Shown: piece after piece, positions 48,496 to 57,760 of the stretch
How the letters are laid out: every line of letters starts with the position of its first letter
How positions within the stretch are numbered: the stretch's first letter is position 1
Assembly (NCBI GenBank): GCA_963785725.1
Contig: CAWAWS010000003.1
Coordinates: 224,001-288,000 of the forward strand
DNA: 64,000 nt
From: an uncultured delta proteobacterium
GTDB lineage: Bacteria; Myxococcota_A; Polyangia; Palsa-1104
Reading direction: 5' to 3'
Program-made: the position numbers and the translations under genes
Notes under the pieces: model-generated
Seen by the model: the letters and a program-made list of their open reading frames with translations, nothing else
Databases searched by the model: none
Told to the model about the DNA's origin: nothing

Positions 48496-48822
48496 GTGAA
48501 GACCTTATCGACGCTCATGCTCGGCCTCGCCATCGTCGCCGCCCCGCTCGCCGCCCACGCCGACGGCCAATACCAAACCATCGACTCCGTCAATCGCCGC
48601 GGCGACACCGCCATCGCCATCAGCGGCGTGCTCGTCGGCGACTCGACCTCGACGCCCAGCTACATCAGCAACAGCAGCTCTGTCAGCCTCGTCGATGCCT
48701 GCGAACGCGGCGCGCTCCTCATGATGGCGCATCCGGGCCGCTACTTGCTCAGCATGTATGCCACCAACAACGGCTGCACGCTCACGCCCGCGCCGGCGCC
48801 CACGCCCGCCAAGACGAACTGA
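48496..48822 (+). CDS. Small secreted protein (paralogue A)
   Basis: SD GGAGGA, signal peptide ending AHA, motif ACERGALLMMAHPGRYLL...GCTL. Confidence 0.75.
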   Translation: MKTLSTLMLGLAIVAAPLAAHADGQYQTIDSVNRRGDTAIAISGVLVGDSTSTPSYISNSSSVSLVDACERGALLMMAHPGRYLLSMYATNNGCTLTPAPAPTPAKTN

Positions 48823-48833
48823 GGAGAATGCCC

Positions 48834-49157
48834 ATGCTGCGTACCCTTTGTGTGCTCGTGCTCGTCGGTATCGGCTCCATCGTCGAGGCCGACACGCTGC
48901 CGGCGGCGGTCACGCTCTCGACGGTCGATCAGTTCGACCGCCAATTCAACGATATGACGTTCGTCGGAATCGTCAGTGGGCAGTCGACGGCGAGCACCTT
49001 CAATGTCAGCGCGTACGACAGCACGGGTCTGACCGGCAACACCTGCGAGCGTGCCGCGCTCTTGATGATGAGCCGGCCGGGCCGATTCCAGCTGCTCATC
49101 TCGCCCGATGACACGGACTACGGCGTTCATTGCCGTTTGATTCGGTTGACCCAATGA
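48834..49157 (+). CDS. Small secreted protein (paralogue B)
   Basis: SD GAGGAG, signal peptide, motif TCERAALLMMSRPGRFQL...HCRL. Confidence 0.75.
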   Translation: MLRTLCVLVLVGIGSIVEADTLPAAVTLSTVDQFDRQFNDMTFVGIVSGQSTASTFNVSAYDSTGLTGNTCERAALLMMSRPGRFQLLISPDDTDYGVHCRLIRLTQ

Positions 49158-50806
49158 TTCGGCGCGCGCTCGTCATCGCGGCGCTCGCCACCGCCGGCTG
49201 CGGCGATCCGCCGCTCGTCAAGGTGCAACCCACGCCTGTCGACGCCGACGGCGACGGCTACAACGCCAGCGTCGACTGCAATGACCACGATCCGACCGTG
49301 TGGTCGCTGCAGCCGTTCTATGTCGACGGCGACGGCGACGGCTTCGGCAGCGGCGCGCCGAGCACGCTGTGCGCCGGCGCCACGCCGCCCAAAGGCTACG
49401 CCGTCAAGAACGGCGACTGCGCGCCCGCCGACGCCACGCGCTGGCAGACGCTCGACTACAGCGCGGTCGACGCCGACGGCGACCACTTCTTCGTCGCCAA
49501 ATTCGGGCAGCTGTGCAGCGGCGCCGAGCTGCCGGCCGGCTACTCCGCCAGCGCCGTCGTCTCGCCCGACTGCGACGACACGAACCCAAACGTGTGGACG
49601 CAAGGCAGCTTCTATCGCGACGCCGACGGCGACGGCTACACGCTGTCGCCACCGGTGAGCCTCTGCGCGGGCGCCGCGCCGCCCGCCGGCTACGCCGCCA
49701 CGTTCGCCGGCCCCGACTGCGACGACACCAACCCGGCCATCTTCAAGCCCTGGTCGGTCTACGTCGACGGTGACGGCGACGGCTTCGGCACCGGCGCGCT
49801 CGTCGTCGTGTGCCAGGGCGCGAGCTTCCCGAGCGGCTACTCCGCGCTCGACACCGACTGCAACGACGCCAACGCCGGCGTCTGGGCCTCGCTCAACTAC
49901 GGCTTCCGCGACGCCGACGGCGACAGCTACACCATCGCCACCGCGGGCACGTTGTGCACCAACGGCAGCTTGCCCGCCGGCTACCTCGCGTCCGCCCACG
50001 GCAGCGACTGCAACGACGCCGACCCCACGGTCTGGCAGAGCTACAACGCCTGGACCGACAGCGATGGCGACGGCTATGGCGGCGGCAGCGAGCAGCAGCT
50101 GTGCGCCGGCGCGCAGCTGCCGAGCGGCTACGTCACGCGCGGCGGCGACTGCGCGCCCACCGACGCCACGCGCTGGCAGACGCTCGCCTACAGCTATCGC
50201 GACGCCGACGGCGACGGCTACACGGTCGCGCAGAGCGGCAGCTTGTGCAGCGGCGCGGCCCTCCCCGCCGGCTACGCGACGAGCGCCGGCAAAGGCGCCG
50301 ACTGCAACGACGCCGACCCGAGCGTCTTCGTCGGCCTCACGGCGTACGTCGACAGCGACGGGGACGGCGTCGGCAGCGGCAGCGCGGCCACGTTCTGCAC
50401 CAGCGGCGCCACGCCCGCCGGCTACGCGCTCACCGGCAGCGACTGCGCGCCCAGCGACGCCACCCGCTGGCAAGAGCTGCCCTACAGCTTCGTCGACAAC
50501 GACGGCGACGGCTACACCGTCGGCATGAGCGGCCAAGTCTGCGCCGGCGCCGCCTTGCCCAAGCCTTACGCGGCCGCGGCCAACGGCAACGACTGCAACG
50601 ACGCCGACCCGAGCGTCTACCGTTACGTCGTGCTCTACACCGACAGCGACGGCGACGGCGTCGGCGTCATGCCGCGGCAAATCCCCTGCTTGGGCGCGAC
50701 CATCCCCGCCGGCTGGTCCATCTACGGCGACGACGTCAACGACAACGACCCGACGCAGCAGCTCGACGACGGCGACATCGACGACCTCCTCGCCATCCTC
50801 TTCTAA
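49154..50806 (+). CDS. Lipoprotein with about 11 DxDGDG[YF]...C...GY...DCND repeats (MopE-like putative metal-binding motif)
   Basis: TAGC lipobox, repeats of about 50 aa; ATGA overlap with the upstream gene. Confidence 0.85.
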   Translation: MIRRALVIAALATAGCGDPPLVKVQPTPVDADGDGYNASVDCNDHDPTVWSLQPFYVDGDGDGFGSGAPSTLCAGATPPKGYAVKNGDCAPADATRWQTLDYSAVDADGDHFFVAKFGQLCSGAELPAGYSASAVVSPDCDDTNPNVWTQGSFYRDADGDGYTLSPPVSLCAGAAPPAGYAATFAGPDCDDTNPAIFKPWSVYVDGDGDGFGTGALVVVCQGASFPSGYSALDTDCNDANAGVWASLNYGFRDADGDSYTIATAGTLCTNGSLPAGYLASAHGSDCNDADPTVWQSYNAWTDSDGDGYGGGSEQQLCAGAQLPSGYVTRGGDCAPTDATRWQTLAYSYRDADGDGYTVAQSGSLCSGAALPAGYATSAGKGADCNDADPSVFVGLTAYVDSDGDGVGSGSAATFCTSGATPAGYALTGSDCAPSDATRWQELPYSFVDNDGDGYTVGMSGQVCAGAALPKPYAAAANGNDCNDADPSVYRYVVLYTDSDGDGVGVMPRQIPCLGATIPAGWSIYGDDVNDNDPTQQLDDGDIDDLLAILF

Positions 50807-50888
50807 CGGCATCGACGAGCGCCGATATCGTATCCGCTACGTTACTGGCCCGATATCCAACTAGCCTATCTTCGTTATGATCAAGGCC

Positions 50889-52262
50889 ATGTCTACGGTC
50901 TTCGACGCCCTCGTCATCGGCACCGGTCAGTCGGGCCCATCGCTCGCGGTGCGGCTCGCCAACGCCGGTAAACGCGTCGCCATCGTCGAGCGCAGCCGCT
51001 TCGGCGGCACCTGCGTCAACAACGGCTGCATTCCGACGAAGACGCTCATCGCCAGCGCCCGCGCCGCCTGGGTCGCGCGCCGCGCCGGCGAATTCGGCGT
51101 GCACGTCGGCGGCGAGGTCCGCGTCGACATGAAGGCCGTCAAAGCGCGCAAAGACCGCCTCGTCGCCGAATCCTCGACGAGCGTCGAGGCGTGGCTGCGC
51201 GAAACCAAAGGCCTGACGGTCATCAAAGGCCAGGCGCGCTTCACCGCGCCGCACACGATCGTCGTCGGCGACGAAACCATCGAGGCCAAACAGATCTTCA
51301 TCAATGTCGGTGGTCGCCCAGTCGTCCCCGAGGTCCCCGGTATCCACGACGTTCCTTATTTGACGAGCTCGAGCATGATGGACGTGGACTTCTTGCCCGA
51401 GCATCTCGTCATCGTCGGCGGCAGCTACATCGGCCTCGAGTTCGCGCAGATGTATCGTCGCTTCGGCAGCCGCGTCACGGTCCTCGAATCGGGTCCGCGC
51501 ATCATCTCGCGCGATGACGACGACGTCGGGCAGGCGATCGAGGAGATATTGGCGGCCGAAGGCGTCGACATTCGCACCGGCGCCGGCGCGCTGAAACGCG
51601 TCGCGCGCGACAACGACGGCATCCGCGTCGAGATGAGCGACGGGACGACGATCAGCGGCTCGCACCTGCTCATCGCCGTCGGCCGCCGCCCCAACACCGA
51701 CGATTTGGGCCTCGATCGCGCCGGAATCGTCACCAACAAGCGCGGCTACATCCAAGTAGACGACGAGCTCCGCACCAACGTCGCCGACATTTGGGCCATT
51801 GGCGACTGCAATGGACACGGCGCCTTTACGCACACGTCTTATAACGACTTCGAAATCGTCGCCGCCAATCTGCTCGACAACGATCCGCGCCGCTTGAGCG
51901 ATCGCATCCTCGCGTACGGGCTCTTCATCGATCCGCCGCTCGGCCGCTGCGGAATGACCGAGCGTGAGGTGCGCGCGACGGGCAAGAAGGCGCTCGTCGG
52001 GCGCATGGCGATGACGCGCATCGGCCGCGCGCGCGAACGCAGCGAGACGCAGGGCTTCATGAAGATCCTCGTCGACGCCGAGAGCAAACGCATCTTGGGC
52101 GCGGCCATTCTCGGCATCGGCGGCGACGAGGTCATTCACGTGCTGCTCGACGTCATGTATGCGCGGGCGCCGTATACGTTGGTGCAGCGCGCGATGCATA
52201 TTCATCCGACCGTCTCCGAATATCTGCCGACGGTGCTCGGCGAGCTGCAGCCGCTCGAGTGA
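50889..52262 (+). CDS. FAD-dependent pyridine nucleotide-disulphide oxidoreductase (mercuric-reductase-like)
   Basis: IGTGQSG, GGTCVNNGCIPTK, VGGSYIGLE, AIGDC, HIHPTVSE; no C-terminal Cys pair. Confidence 0.9.
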   Translation: MSTVFDALVIGTGQSGPSLAVRLANAGKRVAIVERSRFGGTCVNNGCIPTKTLIASARAAWVARRAGEFGVHVGGEVRVDMKAVKARKDRLVAESSTSVEAWLRETKGLTVIKGQARFTAPHTIVVGDETIEAKQIFINVGGRPVVPEVPGIHDVPYLTSSSMMDVDFLPEHLVIVGGSYIGLEFAQMYRRFGSRVTVLESGPRIISRDDDDVGQAIEEILAAEGVDIRTGAGALKRVARDNDGIRVEMSDGTTISGSHLLIAVGRRPNTDDLGLDRAGIVTNKRGYIQVDDELRTNVADIWAIGDCNGHGAFTHTSYNDFEIVAANLLDNDPRRLSDRILAYGLFIDPPLGRCGMTEREVRATGKKALVGRMAMTRIGRARERSETQGFMKILVDAESKRILGAAILGIGGDEVIHVLLDVMYARAPYTLVQRAMHIHPTVSEYLPTVLGELQPLE

Positions 52263-52503
52263 CGAAGCAGCTCAGCGCGTGTAAGGCCGCGATAGGTGTC
52301 GCTTCTATGATCCGCTGACGTCGCCGCGTCATCCCCGCCGAGGCCATCTGCCCCGTCGCCGTCGCCGTGTGCCCCGGGGATCGACTCCACAGCCGATCGC
52401 CAACGACAGGTTGCGTCGCCGGCATTTTCGCTTCAATTGCGCCGCTTAGCGGTGTCGCGGCGGCCGCGTGCCGACAGGCTTCGGGCTTGCAATATTGCCG
52501 CGC

Positions 52504-53517
52504 ATGCGGACGTTCGTGCTCTTGAGTTGCATGCTCGCAATGGGCTGCAGCGGCAGCGGAACGGCGACCCGAGACGCCGGCGGCGGCCAAACGACGACGC
52601 CGGGCGGCGGCATGACGCCGGTGCAGTGCACGCACTTCGTCGAAGCGGGCGCCATCGTCGTGGCCGGCGGCATCGCGCACGCCGACGGCACCCGCGAAGC
52701 GGTGCCGCCTTGCAACGGCGTCGACGGCGGCGTCGCCGACATGTCGTCGCCGCAACTGGATTTGGCGGTGCCGCTCGATCTGACCACGCCGATCGCCGAT
52801 TTGGCGACGCCGCCGTCGTCGCCCGATCTCGGCGGCCCGACGCCGCCCGGCGCGCCGACCGACATGGCCTCGACGGCGATGAGCCCCGGCGTCGGCGGCT
52901 GGACCGAATGGACGAACCTGTTGACGCCGAATGGCGCCAGCTTCCTCGAGGTCCGCTTCACGGTTCCGCCGGTGCCGAAGACGGCCAGTCAGCAGACGAT
53001 CTTCTTATTCCCCAGCTTCACCGCCGATACCAATCCGCCGATCATTCAGCCGGTGTTGCAGTGGGGACCGAGCGCGGCCGGCGGCGGGAAATATTGGTCC
53101 ATCGCCAGCTGGTATCTCGACGCCAACGCCAACTCTTATTACGGCAAGCTCGTGAAAGTGAACGCCGGCGACGTCATCGACGGCAAAATCGCCGGCACCA
53201 GCTGCGCCAACGCCATCTGCGCCAGCTGGACGATCACGACGACCGACATCACGCAGCCGACGCTGGTCAGCACGCTCACGACGGCCGCCGGCGGTTACGC
53301 GTACACGCAGGCGCAAGGCGGCGTGCTCGAGGTCTACAGCGTCTCGACCTGCGCCGAATATCCCGCCGGCCCGACGAGCTTCACGGACCTCGTGCTCGAC
53401 GATGAGAGCGGCGCCGCCGTGACGCCGCAGTGGATTCAGGGCACGGCGAACCTGATCTCCTCGTGCACCTACGCCATCACGACGCCGAGCAGCTCCGAAA
53501 TCGACCTCGCTTACTGA
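52504..53517 (+). CDS. Lipoprotein with G1-peptidase/concanavalin-like beta domain
   Basis: AMGC lipobox, D(L/M)A linker, FTVPPVP, IIQPVLQWG...WSIASWY, VNAGDVI, VLEVY. Confidence 0.55.
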   Translation: MRTFVLLSCMLAMGCSGSGTATRDAGGGQTTTPGGGMTPVQCTHFVEAGAIVVAGGIAHADGTREAVPPCNGVDGGVADMSSPQLDLAVPLDLTTPIADLATPPSSPDLGGPTPPGAPTDMASTAMSPGVGGWTEWTNLLTPNGASFLEVRFTVPPVPKTASQQTIFLFPSFTADTNPPIIQPVLQWGPSAAGGGKYWSIASWYLDANANSYYGKLVKVNAGDVIDGKIAGTSCANAICASWTITTTDITQPTLVSTLTTAAGGYAYTQAQGGVLEVYSVSTCAEYPAGPTSFTDLVLDDESGAAVTPQWIQGTANLISSCTYAITTPSSSEIDLAY

Positions 53518-53619
53518 TTCCGGCAAACGCGAAACCCAAGCGGATTGCGCATACGGTGAACGCATTCGGCGCGCAGCCCGATTGCGCATTTCCGACGGCC
53601 GCGTAAGCTCATCTGCGCC

Positions 53620-54015
53620 ATGGCCGCCGTGCTCATCGAAGGGTTCAGCGCCGACGAGCTGCTGGCCTTTCCGCGCGAGCGCTTGCGCGAATTACTCGAC
53701 ATCGGTCGTCCCATCGTCTTTCGCGCCGGCTCGGCGACGGTGCTGGCCGAGGCGCACGTCGTCGCGCGCCGCCTCGTCATCGATCTCGCTCATATCGACG
53801 GCGGTGGAGAAGGCGTGCTGCCGACACTATGGCGCTTCGGTCAGGCCTATGCGCGCGCCGAGGAGCTCGCCGAAATCGAATGGCTCGTGCATGCCACGCG
53901 CTGCGCTAAGCCGAACCCGCGCCTGCCGAGCGTGCTCACGCGCATGGGCTTTCAGATCGAAGACCTTCCCGATCGCGGGCTCGTCTATCGCCGCCGGGAA
54001 ACCATCGCGCCGTAG
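53620..54015 (+). CDS. Hypothetical protein, possibly GNAT-like fold
   Basis: LAHIDGGGEGVL...NPRLPSVLTRMGF; plausible ORF with TAAGCT upstream. Confidence 0.5.
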   Translation: MAAVLIEGFSADELLAFPRERLRELLDIGRPIVFRAGSATVLAEAHVVARRLVIDLAHIDGGGEGVLPTLWRFGQAYARAEELAEIEWLVHATRCAKPNPRLPSVLTRMGFQIEDLPDRGLVYRRRETIAP

Positions 54016-54094
54016 TCATTCGATGTGCCCGCCGATGAATCACGACTCGCAGGTTACCGGCCGCCGTTCGCGTCTGCGCGATGACGTCGGCGTC

Positions 54095-55039
54095 ATGAGC
54101 GGCGGATGGCAGCGAATCTCGCGCTTCGTGCTCTTGGTTTGGCTGTGCATGTCCGGCTCCGCCGCGCGCGCGCAAGCGCAGGCCGCGCCGCTCGAGGTGC
54201 TCGTGCTCGGCTCGGGCGGACCGGGCGCGGCCGGCCGCGCCAGCTCGGCGTACCTCGTGTTCGTCGACGGCGTGGCGCACATCCTCGTCGACGCCGGCCC
54301 CGGATCGTTCGCGCGCCTCGGCGAGGCCAAGGCCTCGCTCGCCCACACCGACCTCGTGCTGCTCACGCATTTGCACATCGATCATAGCGGCGAGCTCCCC
54401 GGGCTATTCAAAGCGCGCGCCGTCGCCGGCTCCGATCCCATTACGTTCGATATATGGGGTCCCATGGGTTCGCCCAAGCATTTACAGGACGCTTATTTCC
54501 CGGCGACGAGCGAGCTCGTGCAATTGCTATTCGGGACGAAGGGCGCGTTCGCCTATCTGCGCGACTTCTCGGCGCCGATGACGCTGCACGCGCACGACAT
54601 CGTCGCGCCCGATGCGCACGCCGAGGCGCGCACCATCGTCGAGCACGACGGCTTGACGGTGCGCGCGATCGCCGGCCATCACGGCGACGCGCCGGCGGTC
54701 ATCTATCGCATCGAGCACGGCGGAAAGAGCGTCACGTTCTCGGGCGACATCGACGCCAAAGGGCTTCCCGCATTGCGCAGCCTGGCTAAAGGGACCGACC
54801 TATTGGTGTTCAATAGCGTCGTGCTCGATCCGCCGGGATCGCCGTCGATTCTGTACACATTACACACGCCGCCGCAGTCGATTGGTCAGCTGGCCAAAGA
54901 CGCGAACGCGCATAGTCTCTTGTTGAGCCATCTGACGCCGACGATTGACGACCATGTCGACGCCGTCACGAAGTCGATTCGACAGCGCTATACCGGTTCA
55001 CTGACGTTCGCCAAAGACGGGATGCGCGTTCGTCCTTAG
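54095..55039 (+). CDS. Secreted MBL-fold metallo-hydrolase (RNase Z/arylsulfatase-like)
   Basis: VLGSGGP, LVDAGPG, LTHLHIDH (HxHxDH), FSGD, HTPP, LLSHL. Confidence 0.88.
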   Translation: MSGGWQRISRFVLLVWLCMSGSAARAQAQAAPLEVLVLGSGGPGAAGRASSAYLVFVDGVAHILVDAGPGSFARLGEAKASLAHTDLVLLTHLHIDHSGELPGLFKARAVAGSDPITFDIWGPMGSPKHLQDAYFPATSELVQLLFGTKGAFAYLRDFSAPMTLHAHDIVAPDAHAEARTIVEHDGLTVRAIAGHHGDAPAVIYRIEHGGKSVTFSGDIDAKGLPALRSLAKGTDLLVFNSVVLDPPGSPSILYTLHTPPQSIGQLAKDANAHSLLLSHLTPTIDDHVDAVTKSIRQRYTGSLTFAKDGMRVRP

Positions 55040-55073
55040 TTGCGTGACGGCTCAGCGGCTCGGCATGCCGGCA

Positions 55074-56588
55074 TCAGCGACGGACGAGGCGGGCGAACAG
55101 CGCGCGCGGCGGGACCTCGGCGACACCGGCGAAGCGCGACTCCGCCGTCTCGACGATCGTGAAGTCGGCGCCGAAGAGCGGCTCGAGGTCGGCGACGTCG
55201 AGCGGCTGCGTGCCCCAGCGCGTGCCCTCTTCCGTCGCGTGCTGTTTGAGCAGCAGCTGGCCGCCCGCGACCACACGACGCGCCACTTCCGCCGCGTAGT
55301 GCGGCCACTGCGCCCGCGGCAGCGCGTGCAGACAGCCGCGATCGACGACGACGTCGAATTGCCCCCACAGCCGACTGGCGTTGATGTCGTCGAGCAGCCA
55401 GGCGATGGGCAGCGACTGCGCGCGCCGCTTGGCCAGCTGCAGCGCCGTCGCCGAGACGTCGCTGGCGACGACCTCGAAGCCGTGCTGCGCCGCGAAGATG
55501 GCGGTCGTGCCCGGGCCGGTGCCGAGGTCGAGCAGGCGGCGCGCGCCGTGCTGCGCCGCGCGCGTCAACGCCGCTGCCAAATCATCGTCGAGCGCTTCGG
55601 TGAACCAGGGCTGACGCTCGAGCGGCAGCGACGCATATTGCCGCTCCCATTGGTCGACGACATCGACGCGCTCCGGCGCCGCGCTCGACCACACCAGCTC
55701 GACGACCTTGGCGATCTCGCTCGCCGCGTGCGCCGCGCCGAAAATCGGCGTGCGCGCGTGCGGCGCCGTCGCCACTTCGACGCCGAAGCGCGGCTGCACG
55801 ACGAAGAAGCCGTCTTCGCGCAGGAGCGCCAGGTTGCGCTGCACGCTCGGCGCGCGATAGAGCGCGTCGTTCATCGAGGGCGCGAGGATGACCGGCGCAC
55901 GCGTGCTCACGACCGTCGCCGCCACGAGATCGTCGGTCGCGCCGCCGGCGATGCGCGCCAACGTCGCCGCGCTCGCGGGATAGACGACGACGAGCTCGGC
56001 CCACTGCGACAGCCGAATATGCGGCGCCGGCTGCGCCGCGGCTTCGTCGCTCGCGGCCCAAAAGCTCGACAGCACCGGCCGATGCGTAATCGCCGCCAAG
56101 CTCTCGGCGGTGACGAACTTGTGCGCCGACTCGGTCATGATGACGGCGACCTCGAACCCGCGCGCGATGAGCAGCCGCGCCAACGCCGGGACGTCGACGG
56201 CCGCGACGGCGCCGCTGACGGCGAGGACGACGCGCCCGCGCGGCTCGACGACGCTGGCGCGACGCGCGGTCGCGGCGGCCGCGGCGTTGACGAGCGCGCC
56301 GGCGGCGACGAGCACGTTGACGACGTCGACGAGCACCTCGTTCTCGACCGCGGCGTCGACGGCGCGCACGCGCTCGAGCAGCTGCGCCGGCGAATGCGGC
56401 GCCGCGAAAATATCGAGCACCAGCCGCACCAGGTCGGCCGAGCCATCGGTGAACGCCCGCGCGACACCGTCGCTGCCGATGACCGTGAGCGTGTCACGGC
56501 GATCGACGAGCACGGCGCCGTTGCTGCGAATCCAAGCAGTAACCAAATCGGCGGAAGCGGCTGACCCGACCGGGCCAGTGGTGCTCAT
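55074..56588 (-). CDS. RRE-like + HFCD (LanD/EpiD-type) flavoprotein + class I SAM methyltransferase fusion
   Basis: N-terminal beta3-alpha3-like segment ending LVAAGALV; AVSGAVAA, MTESAHKFV, PHI, PASAAT, APSMN (HFCD); LLDLGTGPG, SDVS, FDVVVDRGCLH (MTase). Confidence 0.82.
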   Translation of the reverse strand: MSTTGPVGSAASADLVTAWIRSNGAVLVDRRDTLTVIGSDGVARAFTDGSADLVRLVLDIFAAPHSPAQLLERVRAVDAAVENEVLVDVVNVLVAAGALVNAAAAATARRASVVEPRGRVVLAVSGAVAAVDVPALARLLIARGFEVAVIMTESAHKFVTAESLAAITHRPVLSSFWAASDEAAAQPAPHIRLSQWAELVVVYPASAATLARIAGGATDDLVAATVVSTRAPVILAPSMNDALYRAPSVQRNLALLREDGFFVVQPRFGVEVATAPHARTPIFGAAHAASEIAKVVELVWSSAAPERVDVVDQWERQYASLPLERQPWFTEALDDDLAAALTRAAQHGARRLLDLGTGPGTTAIFAAQHGFEVVASDVSATALQLAKRRAQSLPIAWLLDDINASRLWGQFDVVVDRGCLHALPRAQWPHYAAEVARRVVAGGQLLLKQHATEEGTRWGTQPLDVADLEPLFGADFTIVETAESRFAGVAEVPPRALFARLVRR

Positions 56589-56872
56589 CAGGCTAATACT
56601 TCGAAGTCGCAGCCGCTGGGGCAATCGGCCTGCGAGCAGGCGAAGGTCGGGCACGTCTTGCCCGAGCCGTTGGTGGCGAAGCAGGTGCCGGCCAAGGCTT
56701 GGTCGCCCATATCGTCAATGACGGGGCAGGTGCCGGCGAGATCGGCGGTCGTCGTGGGCGAGCCGTCGTTGCTGCTCGTCTTCATGCCGCCGCCACACGA
56801 GAGAAAGCCGGCCATCGCCAATGGAATCGACTTGAAGATCAGCTTGCGCGGGAAAGCATAAGAGCGCTTCAA
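56588..56872 (-). CDS. Small Cys-rich peptide/lipoprotein, candidate RiPP precursor (94 aa)
   Basis: TTG start after GGGGG; MKRSYAFPRKLIFKSIPLAMAGFLSC, two LAGTC repeats, CPTFACSQADCPSGC; its TGA overlaps the ATG of the fusion enzyme. Confidence 0.65.
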   Translation of the reverse strand: MKRSYAFPRKLIFKSIPLAMAGFLSCGGGMKTSSNDGSPTTTADLAGTCPVIDDMGDQALAGTCFATNGSGKTCPTFACSQADCPSGCDFEVLA

Positions 56873-57050
56873 AATGAACCCCCAATCAGTGTTGCCAATC
56901 GCAAGGTAACACAAAGCGCGCGGAATTCGCCGTTACACACGCGAACGACTGCCTCACAAATGAAACAGTCGCGCGAAAACGTTAGTGGGCTCGACATTTG
57001 CTCGATCATCGTCTCCAATGTCCGCCGAAGCCCACAAAAAGGGGGAGACC

Positions 57051-57356
57051 ATGAATGCACCGCATTGGTGGACGGCATCGCATCAGCAGTCGTGGGACAA
57101 GCTGAAGAGCGCCGTGGTCGACGAGTGGAGCAAGGTCGCGGACGCGGCGGGGAAGCTGGAGAAGTCGGTCGCCGAGCAGGCGCTCAAGTTTGGGCACGGG
57201 GCCAATGACGTCTACCGGAGCGCCGGCGTGTGGAGCAAAGAGGTCGAGGCCAAGCTGAAGGCCGACTGGGAAAAGACCCATCAAGACGCGGCGGTCACTT
57301 GGGACAAAGTGCGCGACGCGGTCAAGCACGGCTTCGAGAAGACCACTAAAGCTTGA
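57051..57356 (+). CDS. Small conserved hypothetical protein (Trp/Lys-rich helical repeats)
   Basis: SD GGGGAG; SWDKLKSAV / TWDKVRDAVKHGF internal repeat. Confidence 0.7.
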   Translation: MNAPHWWTASHQQSWDKLKSAVVDEWSKVADAAGKLEKSVAEQALKFGHGANDVYRSAGVWSKEVEAKLKADWEKTHQDAAVTWDKVRDAVKHGFEKTTKA

Positions 57357-57391
57357 TGTTCAGTCGTCCCCTTATGACAAGGAGAGTCCTC

Positions 57392-57628
57392 ATGAATAGC
57401 TTCCGCATTGCAGTGTCGGCCTGTCTCGTGTCGTTCGCGCTCACGGCTTCCGCCGGCGAGGCCAAGCAGAACCACCACTGCAAGATGGCCGATGGCACGA
57501 TGGACATGGCCAAGACCAAGCGCGAGTGCAAAGCAGCCAAGGGCACGTGGGCCAAGGATGCGGCTGGCGCTGGCGATGCCGCCGCGGCCAAGCCGGACGC
57601 CGCGACGCCGCCGCCGGCCGCGAAGTAA
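57392..57628 (+). CDS. Small secreted protein with two Cys
   Basis: SD AGGAGA; signal peptide; HHCK...KRECKAAKGTW. Confidence 0.65.
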   Translation: MNSFRIAVSACLVSFALTASAGEAKQNHHCKMADGTMDMAKTKRECKAAKGTWAKDAAGAGDAAAAKPDAATPPPAAK

Positions 57629-57637
57629 GCGTCCCGC

Positions 57638-57666
57638 ACGTCGAGGGCCCGCGCGGCCCTCGGCGT
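57638..57666. terminator. Hairpin between convergent genes
   Basis: ACGTCGAGGGCC-CGCGC-GGCCCTCGGCGT, 12-bp stem with one G-U pair. Confidence 0.55.
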
Positions 57667-57760
57667 CGCGTTCAATCTCATTCACACTAAAGATGGCGAT
57701 TGCAGTCGTGGCGCGGCCGCTTCATCGCGGCGCGCGCGGAAGGCTTACGTCTACTAAGGA

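Noticed and set aside
50889..52262. merA mercury resistance gene
   Set aside because: Lacks the C-terminal Cys-Cys pair and NmerA domain, and no mer operon is nearby.
55074..56588. Housekeeping coaBC
   Set aside because: No CoaB ligase domain and no ACG Cys-clamp motif; extra N-terminal and methyltransferase domains are present instead.
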